A stretch of 64,000 bases of DNA. Source: a phage. The position numbers and the translations under genes are program-made. Of this stretch, positions 38,175 to 47,204 are shown in pieces. The stretch lies in sequence record OZ335963.1. One strand, written 5' to 3'. Under the pieces are notes generated by a model. That model was not told where the DNA came from, ran no database searches, and worked only from the letters and a program-made list of their open reading frames with translations. How positions within the stretch are numbered: position 1 is the stretch's first letter; each line of letters opens with the position of its first letter.

Positions 38175-38712
38175 TTACTATTTCCAAAAGTTTATTATTT
38201 TTAAGGTAGTTAGCCTTTTCTAGGACTTCAGAAGCATATTTAGAACCTGCTTTAACATTCCATCCCGAATTATAAGAGGATATTGCTTTTCTTATATCGC
38301 CCTTATGTATATTTAACCAATAAGAAAGTTCAATGTACGCCCAGGAAGCTGAATTGGACCGTTTATTCAACATTCTTTTTATTTCAGCATCGGTCATATT
38401 ATAACCAAGTTCCTTAACTCTTGCTCGCATGGTTGGCAAATAATTTTGGAACATTCCATAGGCATGATGCTTTGGTTTAGATTTTAAATTAACTCCGGCA
38501 GAGCTTTCTTGCCATAAAATAGCAGCCATTATATGACCTAATCCGCTCTTGTGGATGTTTTTGTGTGTTTTATATTTTCCATCCTTAGAAAATTGTTCCC
38601 CGAATTGATATGCGTAACGCATGTTATCGAGTTGGACATTACTGAAAGTATGCTCGGAGCTATGTGCCATCATTGAAATGGCCAATAGACCAGCGAGTAG
38701 TGCTTTTCTCAT
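38167..38712 (-). CDS. secreted lytic-transglycosylase-like protein
   Basis: Signal peptide MRKALLAGLLAISMMAHS; WQESS...AYGMFQ resembles SLT-domain catalytic motifs. Confidence 0.5.
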   Translation of the reverse strand: MRKALLAGLLAISMMAHSSEHTFSNVQLDNMRYAYQFGEQFSKDGKYKTHKNIHKSGLGHIMAAILWQESSAGVNLKSKPKHHAYGMFQNYLPTMRARVKELGYNMTDAEIKRMLNKRSNSASWAYIELSYWLNIHKGDIRKAISSYNSGWNVKAGSKYASEVLEKANYLKNNKLLEIVND

Positions 38713-38719
38713 GCTTACC

Positions 38720-39181
38720 TCATTGAGTTTTAATTACTGCTTTAGAAGCCTTTCCTGGTAAACGACGACTGTTGATAATTGCCATCCTGCATTGAAGCGA
38801 CGGGTCTTTGAACTTCGCATTAGGTTTACAAACTGTAAATCCAAGCCAAAGATTTCCATCTGTGATTTCTAAACGTCCAGGACGATATTCAACCCCATCA
38901 ATAAAATCCTCGTCAATGTCAGGACGTGGAGGCATACTCAGGAATTCATTAACTTCTAAAACATGGTCTTTTATTTTATGGAATAATTCAAAAACATATG
39001 TCTCATCAATCTCCCGTTGAATTGCACGATCAAGAAGATGCTGAGAATATTTTAGATGAAACGATGAGACTCCTGCTGCTTTTGATGCCTCACGAATCTC
39101 ATTGTTAATTTGACGAAACTCCGACTCAAAGTGACGACGGAGCTTATTTCGACGGATAAAAACTTCTGTGTTGATAGTCAT
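38720..39181 (-). CDS. regB: RegB endoribonuclease
   Basis: 153 aa, matches remembered T4 RegB. Confidence 0.9.
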   Translation of the reverse strand: MTINTEVFIRRNKLRRHFESEFRQINNEIREASKAAGVSSFHLKYSQHLLDRAIQREIDETYVFELFHKIKDHVLEVNEFLSMPPRPDIDEDFIDGVEYRPGRLEITDGNLWLGFTVCKPNAKFKDPSLQCRMAIINSRRLPGKASKAVIKTQ

Positions 39182-39194
39182 GTTATTCTCCTCT

Positions 39195-39245
39195 TAACTG
39201 ATAGAAAAATTATACCACAGTCAAGAGGAAAAGTAAACAGTTATT
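39195..39245 (-). promoter_or_regulatory. early promoter upstream of regB
   Basis: Minus-strand GTTTAC, 17-nt spacer, TGGTATAAT. Confidence 0.65.
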
Positions 39246-39519
39246 CTTTAAATCTAATCAATTTATTCATAGACTTTGAAACTTCTGCACGGACCTCATG
39301 TAGGTTTTTAAGCTGTTCAAGACGTTGCTCATAGTAAGCAATTTCATCTTCTTCAAGACAGTCCTGTGAGTCTTCTTTAAGATAACGTGCATAGTCCTGG
39401 AAAGCTTTACGGACTACTTCCTGGAAGTCATCAAGACTTTGAATTTTCTTAGGAGCAACAGATACACGACGAGGGGCAGTATAATACTCATAACCAAACC
39501 CTGCGCTTAATTGAGCCAT
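39241..39519 (-). CDS. hypothetical protein
   Basis: Start taken at MAQLSAGFG (92 aa), TAATG-coupled to the upstream ORF. Confidence 0.45.
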   Translation of the reverse strand: MAQLSAGFGYEYYTAPRRVSVAPKKIQSLDDFQEVVRKAFQDYARYLKEDSQDCLEEDEIAYYEQRLEQLKNLHEVRAEVSKSMNKLIRFKE

Positions 39520-39785
39520 TAGTATTTTTCCTCTGGTTGAAACACAGCACGACAAGCCCACATACTGGCTTCTTTGAGTTTCGTTTTAGCAATAGTTAAC
39601 TGATCGAGGCTTTCAGCATAATTCTTCGTGAATTCACAGTCTTCACAATTATCTAGTGCTTCCCAGAATTCATCATATAAAGCATCAAAGATAAGTCCTA
39701 AACGAACTTCAGCATCTTTGATAGCATTCACTTTACTGATTTTATCGTCAGTATGTGGCTTATAACCTTTAATGTCTTCAATCAT
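39519..39785 (-). CDS. hypothetical protein (vs.4 position; candidate Acb2-like)
   Basis: 88-aa ORF between regB and the GrcA-like gene; assignment by position only. Confidence 0.4.
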   Translation of the reverse strand: MIEDIKGYKPHTDDKISKVNAIKDAEVRLGLIFDALYDEFWEALDNCEDCEFTKNYAESLDQLTIAKTKLKEASMWACRAVFQPEEKY

Positions 39786-39999
39786 ATTTTACTTCCTCAC
39801 CTGTTCCCAAATCATATTCAACTAAACGAATAGGTTCATGAATGCCATATCCTTGAACAGAAATTTCTGTCGTAGGATAAATTCCATTAATATCACCCAT
39901 GGTCCACGCTTCATTAAATTGCTGTTCGCCTGAATTACTAAACCACTCGGCGAAAGCATTTAACACATCTTTAGAACCTTCAATAATTATCTTTGCCAT
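39778..39999 (-). CDS. hypothetical protein
   Basis: 73-aa ORF. Confidence 0.45.
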   Translation of the reverse strand: MAKIIIEGSKDVLNAFAEWFSNSGEQQFNEAWTMGDINGIYPTTEISVQGYGIHEPIRLVEYDLGTGEEVKYD

Positions 40000-40361
40000 T
40001 ACAAGCTCTCAGTAAAGGTACGAGCGATAACGTCGCGCTGCTGTTCCGGAGTCAGAGAGTTAAAGCGAACTGCATAACCGGATACACGGATGGTCAGCTG
40101 CGGATATTTTTCCGGATGCTTAACTGCATCTTCCAGAGTTTCACGACGCAGAACGTTAACGTTCAGGTGTTGACCACCTTCAATTTTAACTGTAGGCTGT
40201 GGTTCAATTTCAATTTCACGGGTGTGCAAACCGTAGAAAATTTCTGGGTCTACAAAAGAGTCCTCTTTAAAGGTTTTAGAAACAATAATTCGTGCTTGAA
40301 TACCATCTTCAAAATAAATAGTACCTTTATGTGTGCCTTCAAGAATTTGATATGCTTTCAT
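39999..40361 (-). CDS. autonomous glycyl-radical cofactor (GrcA/YfiD-like)
   Basis: C-terminal 60 aa near-identical to remembered E. coli GrcA, including glycyl-radical motif RVSGYAV; start at MKAYQILEG with GAGG Shine-Dalgarno. Confidence 0.85.
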   Translation of the reverse strand: MKAYQILEGTHKGTIYFEDGIQARIIVSKTFKEDSFVDPEIFYGLHTREIEIEPQPTVKIEGGQHLNVNVLRRETLEDAVKHPEKYPQLTIRVSGYAVRFNSLTPEQQRDVIARTFTESL

Positions 40362-40369
40362 ATAACCTC

Positions 40370-40699
40370 TCAATTAGAAAATAAATTTATCCAAGATTGC
40401 TCTTTAATTAAAAATGGCTCAGAATCATATGCCATTAAACTTTGGGTGATTAGTCCTTTAAAAGGTCCATCAATAAATTCCATGGTAAAATATGGAATTT
40501 TATTCATTAATCTTGCATTAGGAGCAGTGCACAAAACTCTGCATCCTTTGAATACGCCTTTTTGTAATTTGTACTGCTTAGGATAAAATTCGCTCAAGAC
40601 GTTGTTATTTGCCAAAATTTCAAAATGATTCACCAACTTATTTTTAATAGTTTTTGGCGAAAAATAAAGATATTCGAAAAGTTGCGTATCTGTCATCAT
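40370..40699 (-). CDS. hypothetical protein
   Basis: About 110 aa from [10 protein letters not shown]; overlaps stop of the upstream P-loop ORF. Confidence 0.45.
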   Translation of the reverse strand: MMTDTQLFEYLYFSPKTIKNKLVNHFEILANNNVLSEFYPKQYKLQKGVFKGCRVLCTAPNARLMNKIPYFTMEFIDGPFKGLITQSLMAYDSEPFLIKEQSWINLFSN

Positions 40700-41286
40700 T
40701 GCATTCCAATTACGAAAAACTGCGGACGAGTAATACCACCAATGCGGCATTTACTATTGCAGCAGTGTTGCACAGTTTCAATATGAATATCATAAATTTT
40801 ATCCATATCAGGAGATTTAACAGGCTCATCGATTATATACAAAATTCGAGAAAGCGATAAACCTCTGAACTTGCTACCTCTATTACCAACAAAACTACGG
40901 ACAGAATCGGTAAATAAGCGGAATCGAATATCATCGCTAGAATAACGAGAAAATTCTTTTTTAATGTGGCCCGCAGAAATTTTAGCGTAAGCTGAAGTAT
41001 TAGAAAGAACAATAACTGTTCCACCGTCATACAACCAATTAGCGGCAAAATTAGTTACTGCAGTTGATTTACCGGATTGACGTCCACCATCTAGTCGAAG
41101 TGTACAGTATTCTTTAAATAAATGTGGCGAATCAGGTACATAAAATCCACTATTACAAATTTCTTCTACTCTAGCATCAGAATGGTGTGTAAAAGCATTC
41201 ATCAGGGATAGATAAGGACCAGTTAAAAATGTTCTCATTTTATTCTCTCTAAATTTGGGCCATTCCATGGCGCATGAATTATCCAT
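40696..41286 (-). CDS. P-loop NTPase
   Basis: Walker A GGRQSGKST and Walker B ILYIIDEP; start may be the internal Met MRTFLTG at 41238. Confidence 0.55.
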   Translation of the reverse strand: MDNSCAMEWPKFRENKMRTFLTGPYLSLMNAFTHHSDARVEEICNSGFYVPDSPHLFKEYCTLRLDGGRQSGKSTAVTNFAANWLYDGGTVIVLSNTSAYAKISAGHIKKEFSRYSSDDIRFRLFTDSVRSFVGNRGSKFRGLSLSRILYIIDEPVKSPDMDKIYDIHIETVQHCCNSKCRIGGITRPQFFVIGMQ

Positions 41287-41465
41287 TTCTGTATTTACCC
41301 ATTACCGCACTTGGGCTCGACCTTATTACAGGTTGGCGGGAATCCCTCATAGAATCATGAGGTCCAGGTTGTTCCCATGTTATTTGAATGTAAATATTTT
41401 TGCCGTAATACTATACCAGTGTGGCTTCATTAAAATTTTTTCATTGAGTCATTTTACCTCTCCAA

Positions 41466-41520
41466 GTAATTATGAATATACTATCACAATTTTAGGAGAA
41501 AGTAAACTGCTATTTACCTT
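41466..41520 (-). promoter_or_regulatory. early promoter
   Basis: Minus-strand GTTTAC...TGTGATAGTATATTC. Confidence 0.5.
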
Positions 41521-41812
41521 TAATTACTTTAGCTGCTTCGATAGCCGCTTGCTGAAGGTCGTCCATAGACATACCGAATTTAGAAGCAAAGTTATCAATT
41601 TTCTTTTCGACAGCATTCAAAGGCTTGGCCTGTTTACCTTCATTAGCGCCAGGAAGAGCGAGAATACGCTCTTTGTCAATATAAAGGCTTACAAGTTTCT
41701 TACGGTCTTTATCGGACAAATCATGAAATGAATGAGCCTTTTTATTTATAGCGGCTTCTAATTTACTCGCAGTTACGCGGGCTTCAGTGATAAATTCTTG
41801 ATAGGTTTTCAT
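41510..41812 (-). CDS. ipII: internal protein II
   Basis: 100 aa with capsid targeting sequence MKTYQEFITEA. Confidence 0.85.
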   Translation of the reverse strand: MKTYQEFITEARVTASKLEAAINKKAHSFHDLSDKDRKKLVSLYIDKERILALPGANEGKQAKPLNAVEKKIDNFASKFGMSMDDLQQAAIEAAKVIKGK

Positions 41813-41853
41813 ATGTTTCCTTTAAATGTAAATAGGCCTAAGTATCGGCCTTA

Positions 41854-42429
41854 TTAATTACCACGGGCTGCATTAGCAACGGCATAAGCATACTGAACAT
41901 TAGCGTCTTTAAACGTACCTTTAGAGGTATCTATTTCTGCCTTAAAGCCGCCTTTAGCCATAACATCGGCGAATTCTTTACGGAAAGCCATTGCATCAAG
42001 ACCTTTCCATGTTGATTTGTGCTTGGCGAATTCAAGACCAGCGTAGTTGACAGCTTTAGCCAATTTATTATCAATGACCCATTTACCGGCTTTAGGCACA
42101 AACTTCGGACCTTTTTGTTTAGAGAACAGTTTTAAATTCCAGCGACGAAGATCACTATCGGCTTTAACAAAAGCTGCGTCTAAGTTACTAGCAACAACAT
42201 CTTCAATATGAGCAAATTTAAGTCCGTCAACTTCAATATTTAGATCGTTACGCCAGCGAAGTCCTTCCCAAGCGAAAGCTTTAAAATCAGAAGCTTTTGT
42301 GGCTAGATATCGTTCAAGCGGAGCAGTTTTAGGGTCAAAGCCGTTTCCTCGGTAAGTCCACTCATCTTTATTAATGCCTTTGGCCTTTTCCGCAGAAGCT
42401 TCAGCGATAAATTCTTTATACGTTTTCAT
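41854..42429 (-). CDS. ipIII: internal protein III
   Basis: 191 aa with capsid targeting sequence MKTYKEFIAEA. Confidence 0.85.
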   Translation of the reverse strand: MKTYKEFIAEASAEKAKGINKDEWTYRGNGFDPKTAPLERYLATKASDFKAFAWEGLRWRNDLNIEVDGLKFAHIEDVVASNLDAAFVKADSDLRRWNLKLFSKQKGPKFVPKAGKWVIDNKLAKAVNYAGLEFAKHKSTWKGLDAMAFRKEFADVMAKGGFKAEIDTSKGTFKDANVQYAYAVANAARGN

Positions 42430-42454
42430 GTGTTTCCTTTAAATATTTTAATTA

Positions 42455-43031
<577 letters not shown>

Positions 43032-43487
43032 TTAAAAGAGGTTGTTCATTATTCGGTAAAGTGAAGGACCCATCACATATTGCCACTGGGTACGAGGAAT
43101 AAGAGCAAAAGCATCCATCTCTGGAATCATAACGCCATCTTTATTTTCAAAATAAGACCCACAATGGCAATTTCTAAACATCTCATGCTCTACTGGAATC
43201 GTATAATAAAATAACTGCAAGTCTTTATTACTAGAATATTTAAATACACCTAGGTCTTCTAAAAGGTCTGGATTATAATTGTTAAAGCCAGTCTCTTCTA
43301 AACATTCTCTTCGTGCTGCATCTAGTGCGCTTAAATCAGAATTTTCTACACGGCCCTTTGGAATATCCCAGCGATGGGCCATCATTCCAGACTTACGAGA
43401 ACCAGTAACTCGTCCCATAAATAAATCTTTATCTTCTGTCATAAAGATAATACCAGCTGATAATGTTTTCATTTTAATTTCCTGCAT
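43032..43487 (-). CDS. nudE: Nudix hydrolase NudE
   Basis: 151 aa; Nudix box GRVENSDLSALDAARRECLEETGF. Confidence 0.88.
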   Translation of the reverse strand: MQEIKMKTLSAGIIFMTEDKDLFMGRVTGSRKSGMMAHRWDIPKGRVENSDLSALDAARRECLEETGFNNYNPDLLEDLGVFKYSSNKDLQLFYYTIPVEHEMFRNCHCGSYFENKDGVMIPEMDAFALIPRTQWQYVMGPSLYRIMNNLF

Positions 43488-43858
43488 TCAGTGATAAAGT
43501 TATTTAAATTTTGAGTATATTTCTTTTCATCAAAAATCTTTTGTTGTCTGCGTAGCCGCCATGGCATTTCAATGAACGTGTACCATATCCCAGATAATAT
43601 TGCTGCTGTCAAAATATTAACAAGTATGGTTAAAAGAATCCAATCTTCTATTCTGTCCATTGGATTTTTTATGAAAAAGTAAAATACGAATGATGTCACA
43701 GGAAGACTAATAATATACCACAGAATCATAATTTTATCTGTGAACCAATCAGCGTTCGTTAACTTAGCGCGACCGTTATGAATACACACGAATTTATCGT
43801 CTGTTATAATAGATGGCTTAACTGGTTGATATCCCATTCTAAACTCCCTAATCAGCAA
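43469..43858 (-). CDS. small membrane protein, e.x family member 1
   Basis: 129 aa; two TM helices; C-terminal FITECRKLK shared with the next two ORFs. Confidence 0.55.
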   Translation of the reverse strand: MLIREFRMGYQPVKPSIITDDKFVCIHNGRAKLTNADWFTDKIMILWYIISLPVTSFVFYFFIKNPMDRIEDWILLTILVNILTAAILSGIWYTFIEMPWRLRRQQKIFDEKKYTQNLNNFITECRKLK

Positions 43859-43952
43859 ATTTTCATATCTTCGGAACAGCCATTCCAGTCAACTCCATCA
43901 ACTGAAATGCCATCGTCCCCATCATCTAAATCATACCAGCGAGTTTTTAAAA

Positions 43953-44315
43953 TCATTTGATTTTCCTGCAATCATTCACGAATTCTTTCATTGATTCATT
44001 TTCAATATAAGACATGTAGTTATTATATTCTTTTAATTGTATTTTGTAATCCTTTTTTCTTTGCCAATTTATTTTAAAATTATCATAATGAAAAAATAGC
44101 ATGGTACCAAAGAATGAAAATAATGAAATCGCTATAGTAAAACGAAGTTCACTCCAAACATCTGTTATAATTGCTGAACTATCGATGTTTAAAATAATAC
44201 AGTCAATCATTAATCCAATAAGACTACCCGCAAGAGCTACAGCCAACGCCACAGCAAAAATTAAAAATGACTCAGAAAAAGAATATTTGACTTTATTTAG
44301 TTTTGGCTTTTGCAT
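43953..44315 (-). CDS. small membrane protein, e.x family member 2
   Basis: 120 aa; two TM helices; C-terminal FVNDCRKIK. Confidence 0.55.
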   Translation of the reverse strand: MQKPKLNKVKYSFSESFLIFAVALAVALAGSLIGLMIDCIILNIDSSAIITDVWSELRFTIAISLFSFFGTMLFFHYDNFKINWQRKKDYKIQLKEYNNYMSYIENESMKEFVNDCRKIK

Positions 44316-44710
44316 CGTGATTCCTTAACAAATTTCATAATTTCATTAAATTCATACATATTTAGTTTAAGCTGGTGTTCCTTTTTAATCTTTTTACACT
44401 GAGCTTTCCATTCACGTACACGTTTACGATAATGTCTTCCTTGATACCAATATCCTACCCAATTTACAGGTACTAATAAAAATGGAACTACTAATGGAAG
44501 AATTAATACTAACAGAAATATTATGCCAGATTCAATATCAGTCATAAAGTCTATAACCATTCCAACAATCAATAGAATTACAAATGATATAGCTGTCACA
44601 GGACCTATTAATACATCAGTAGGAATTATCTGACGCTTTAGTTCATACTTCACAGGTTTACTTGGAAGGTATAGTGATGGCTTTGACATATTCTCTACAT
44701 TCCTTAACAA
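44297..44710 (-). CDS. small membrane protein, e.x family member 3
   Basis: 137 aa; two TM helices; C-terminal FVKESRCKSQN. Confidence 0.55.
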   Translation of the reverse strand: MLRNVENMSKPSLYLPSKPVKYELKRQIIPTDVLIGPVTAISFVILLIVGMVIDFMTDIESGIIFLLVLILPLVVPFLLVPVNWVGYWYQGRHYRKRVREWKAQCKKIKKEHQLKLNMYEFNEIMKFVKESRCKSQN

Positions 44711-45272
44711 ATTTTTCTAATAATAAATCGCTTTCAAAATTAGGATTTTCCACGAATTTATCAAAAAGATCATCAACAATAGTTAAGATATTCTTTTTAC
44801 TAAGAATACGCTTATTTTCATATTTTGTTTCAGAGTCAACTATAAGAGTAAAGAAATATTTCTTTCCCTGAAATTTTACCGTAGTATCAATATAAAATAA
44901 ATTTGACTTTTGTAAATTACGTTTAAACCATGCGTCACTTAAACTATAAACGCCAAGATAATCATAATCGTCATTTAAATAACAAACTGTCCATTCAGGA
45001 GAAATGAAATCAGTAAATTCAACATCAAAATCACATGTCAATGAATGAATTGATTCAATACTTTTAATGAGTATTCCAGGACGTATTAAAGACTTTTTAC
45101 CTCTAGAAAATCTTCCGGAAAGGCTTTCATCAGTTTCATATGAAGACTCCCAATAGTAATTACGTCCTTCTGCCATGCGTTTAAGAGCATTTAGTAATTG
45201 GTCTGGAACATCAACCTGTCTTTGGAACTCTTCAAACATTGAATTGAAATCACTTTGCATTTTCATTTTCAT
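44658..45272 (-). CDS. hypothetical protein
   Basis: 204-aa soluble ORF. Confidence 0.55.
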   Translation of the reverse strand: MKMKMQSDFNSMFEEFQRQVDVPDQLLNALKRMAEGRNYYWESSYETDESLSGRFSRGKKSLIRPGILIKSIESIHSLTCDFDVEFTDFISPEWTVCYLNDDYDYLGVYSLSDAWFKRNLQKSNLFYIDTTVKFQGKKYFFTLIVDSETKYENKRILSKKNILTIVDDLFDKFVENPNFESDLLLEKFVKECREYVKAITIPSK

Positions 45273-45291
45273 TCCTATTTACTCCAAGTAT

Positions 45292-45309
45292 AAGGGGCCG
45301 AAGCCCCTT
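45292..45309 (-). other. C(UUCG)G hairpin
   Basis: aaggggccgaagcccctt between two ORFs. Confidence 0.65.
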
Positions 45310-45313
45310 ATCA

Positions 45314-45907
45314 TTATTTCAGAGAATTAATGTATTCCTGAACATCGGCAGAGGTAGTTTCAACCCCAGAAATATTACCGTTAAAGGTTTCAACTCGAGC
45401 AAGGGTATCTTCAATATCAACCTTAGTCAGTGCTGCAATTTCAACTACATCATCAGCAGTACTAATTCCAAGGGCATTTGCTGCACGAGTTTCACGGATA
45501 TATTCCAATTTAACCGCAAGTTCTTGACGAGCATCATCTAACTCAACTACTTTCTTGGCGATTTCAATTCGCATTTCAGCATAACCGTCAGCCTTAGTAG
45601 TCAACTGCTCAGCTGTTCGACGATATAGTAAACCGAGTTTAGCATGCATTGTTACATCTTGGCCTTCGGAAAGAAGTTTACGAATTTCACGCTCTTTTGA
45701 TTCGGCCTGTCGATTCTTTTCGATAACAAGTTCACGAATACGTTTTTCTTCGTTAATAGATTTAACAGAAGCAGTTTTTAGATCTTTAATTTTATCAAGT
45801 AGTTTTGCTGCTGCAGCAGTATACTGTTCTTCGACAGATAGATTTTTAGCCATAGCAGAACCAAGTTTAGTGCGAATAAACTCAACAATTTTCTTCAGTG
45901 TGTTCAT
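45314..45907 (-). CDS. coiled-coil protein, possibly PspA/IM30-like
   Basis: 197 aa, largely helical/charged; N- and C-terminal segments loosely resemble PspA; family call tentative. Confidence 0.5.
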   Translation of the reverse strand: MNTLKKIVEFIRTKLGSAMAKNLSVEEQYTAAAAKLLDKIKDLKTASVKSINEEKRIRELVIEKNRQAESKEREIRKLLSEGQDVTMHAKLGLLYRRTAEQLTTKADGYAEMRIEIAKKVVELDDARQELAVKLEYIRETRAANALGISTADDVVEIAALTKVDIEDTLARVETFNGNISGVETTSADVQEYINSLK

Positions 45908-46011
45908 AGTATTTCCTTAGGTTGATTAAGATTTAAAATCCGTAAAAGTAGTATTATACTCTATCATCAAGTTACAGGCTCATAATATCTCAATCATGAG
46001 CCTATGTAAAC

Positions 46012-46275
46012 TTATTTCATATTATTGAAATATTCTTCTGCAATTTCGTCGTTATCGTGGTAAACTTTAGAAGACAGTTTAACATAACCTTCAGCAGTGA
46101 ACATATTAATCACAACCTTTACAGTATACCACTGTCCGTCTTCATTACCCATTACTGCGTAAGTTTCAAACATCGGATGATCAGGACCGATAACTTTAAT
46201 ATCATTCACTGTACGACCGAAATCTTCTGAAACGCATTTCATAAAGAAGTTGAACAGTTCGCCGTAATTATCCAT
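46012..46275 (-). CDS. hypothetical protein
   Basis: Start at MDNYGELFNFF (87 aa) downstream of the 46308 early promoter. Confidence 0.5.
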   Translation of the reverse strand: MDNYGELFNFFMKCVSEDFGRTVNDIKVIGPDHPMFETYAVMGNEDGQWYTVKVVINMFTAEGYVKLSSKVYHDNDEIAEEYFNNMK

Positions 46276-46307
46276 TTCATTCTCCAAGTTGTTTTTCTGT
46301 ATCAGTA

Positions 46308-46372
46308 GTTGATAGTTGTATAGTACCATGGAAGAACAGGGATGTAAACAGTTTTGTGAAAAAATTTTTAAA
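46308..46372 (-). promoter_or_regulatory. T4-type early promoter (third copy of the module)
   Basis: AAAAATTTTTTCACAAAACTGTTTACATCCCTGTTCTTCCATGGTACTATAC on the minus strand. Confidence 0.7.
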
Positions 46373-46482
46373 AAGTTTTAGGGAATTCTAGGGCAGGGAG
46401 GGGCAATTAAAGGATAGGATAATATATTATAAAGGGTAGAAACTAAATGATGCCTAGAGAGGTCCAGAAAGGTCTAGATACC

Positions 46483-46507
46483 AAAAAGCCCTATCATTTA
46501 GATAGGG
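46483..46507 (-). terminator. rho-independent terminator
   Basis: CCCTATC-UAAAU-GATAGGG stem followed by CUUUUU, just after the stop of ORF 46516-47079. Confidence 0.6.
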
Positions 46508-46515
46508 ATTTAAAA

Positions 46516-47079
46516 TTATTTACCTAGTTTAGTTATTATAGCTTCGGCAGCAGCTTTTAGCTTAGATGCGGTGTTAATACGATTTTTAATTTCAGTATAC
46601 GCATCGCCAAGAACATCAAGGCTATCAGAATAAACACTTACACTATTGCGTTCGCTATTTGAAATAGAACCTTTAGTTTTACGATCAAAATCGGTGTACA
46701 CGTCTTGAAGATCACGGGCTGCCTTCTTTGCATCATCCAATGCGTCAAGAGCTTTATTTAAAGCATTAACATATTTTTTAGTGTCAAACATATTCTTAGA
46801 AATTTTAACAGGTGCACGTTCAGGAGTAGCTAATGCAGATTTAGGAACCTGAGCGCCAGATGCCAGTTTCTTAGAAATTTTGAAAAATGCTTTATTGAAT
46901 TTATTTTCTTGACTCATCGTAAAAGAACTATTATCGATGTTATACATTTCAATAGCTTTAGCTTTCCACTTAAGAAAATCGCCGCGGTCTTTTGGGTCTA
47001 ATTGGAAGAATACTTTAGTAAGATCTGCTTCAGATGGTAATTTTGCTGCTTCGGTTAAAAATTCGGCATAGGTTTTCAT
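46516..47079 (-). CDS. internal-protein-like (capsid targeting sequence)
   Basis: 187 aa starting MKTYAEFLTEA, the prohead-protease cleaved targeting signal shared with IPII/IPIII. Confidence 0.6.
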   Translation of the reverse strand: MKTYAEFLTEAAKLPSEADLTKVFFQLDPKDRGDFLKWKAKAIEMYNIDNSSFTMSQENKFNKAFFKISKKLASGAQVPKSALATPERAPVKISKNMFDTKKYVNALNKALDALDDAKKAARDLQDVYTDFDRKTKGSISNSERNSVSVYSDSLDVLGDAYTEIKNRINTASKLKAAAEAIITKLGK

Positions 47080-47168
47080 TTAAAATCCTTGAAATAATTT
47101 ATCGGTTGGTTATTAATTATTTATTACTTTGTTATTATCCGTAACAGCATTCTATATGTGATTCAAAC

Positions 47169-47197
47169 TAAAAAGCCCCAACCTTTTGGTCGGGGCT
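47169..47197 (-). terminator. rho-independent terminator (copy 1 of 34-bp repeat)
   Basis: GCCCCGACC-AAAA-GGUUGGGGC followed by U5. Confidence 0.7.
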
Positions 47198-47204
47198 AAG
47201 AATG

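Noticed and set aside
39993-40586. 197-aa plus-strand ORF
   Set aside because: Antisense to the GrcA-like gene and the neighbouring ORF; no promoter or Shine-Dalgarno; low-complexity product. The same applies to the plus-strand ORF at 41255-41731 antisense to ipII.
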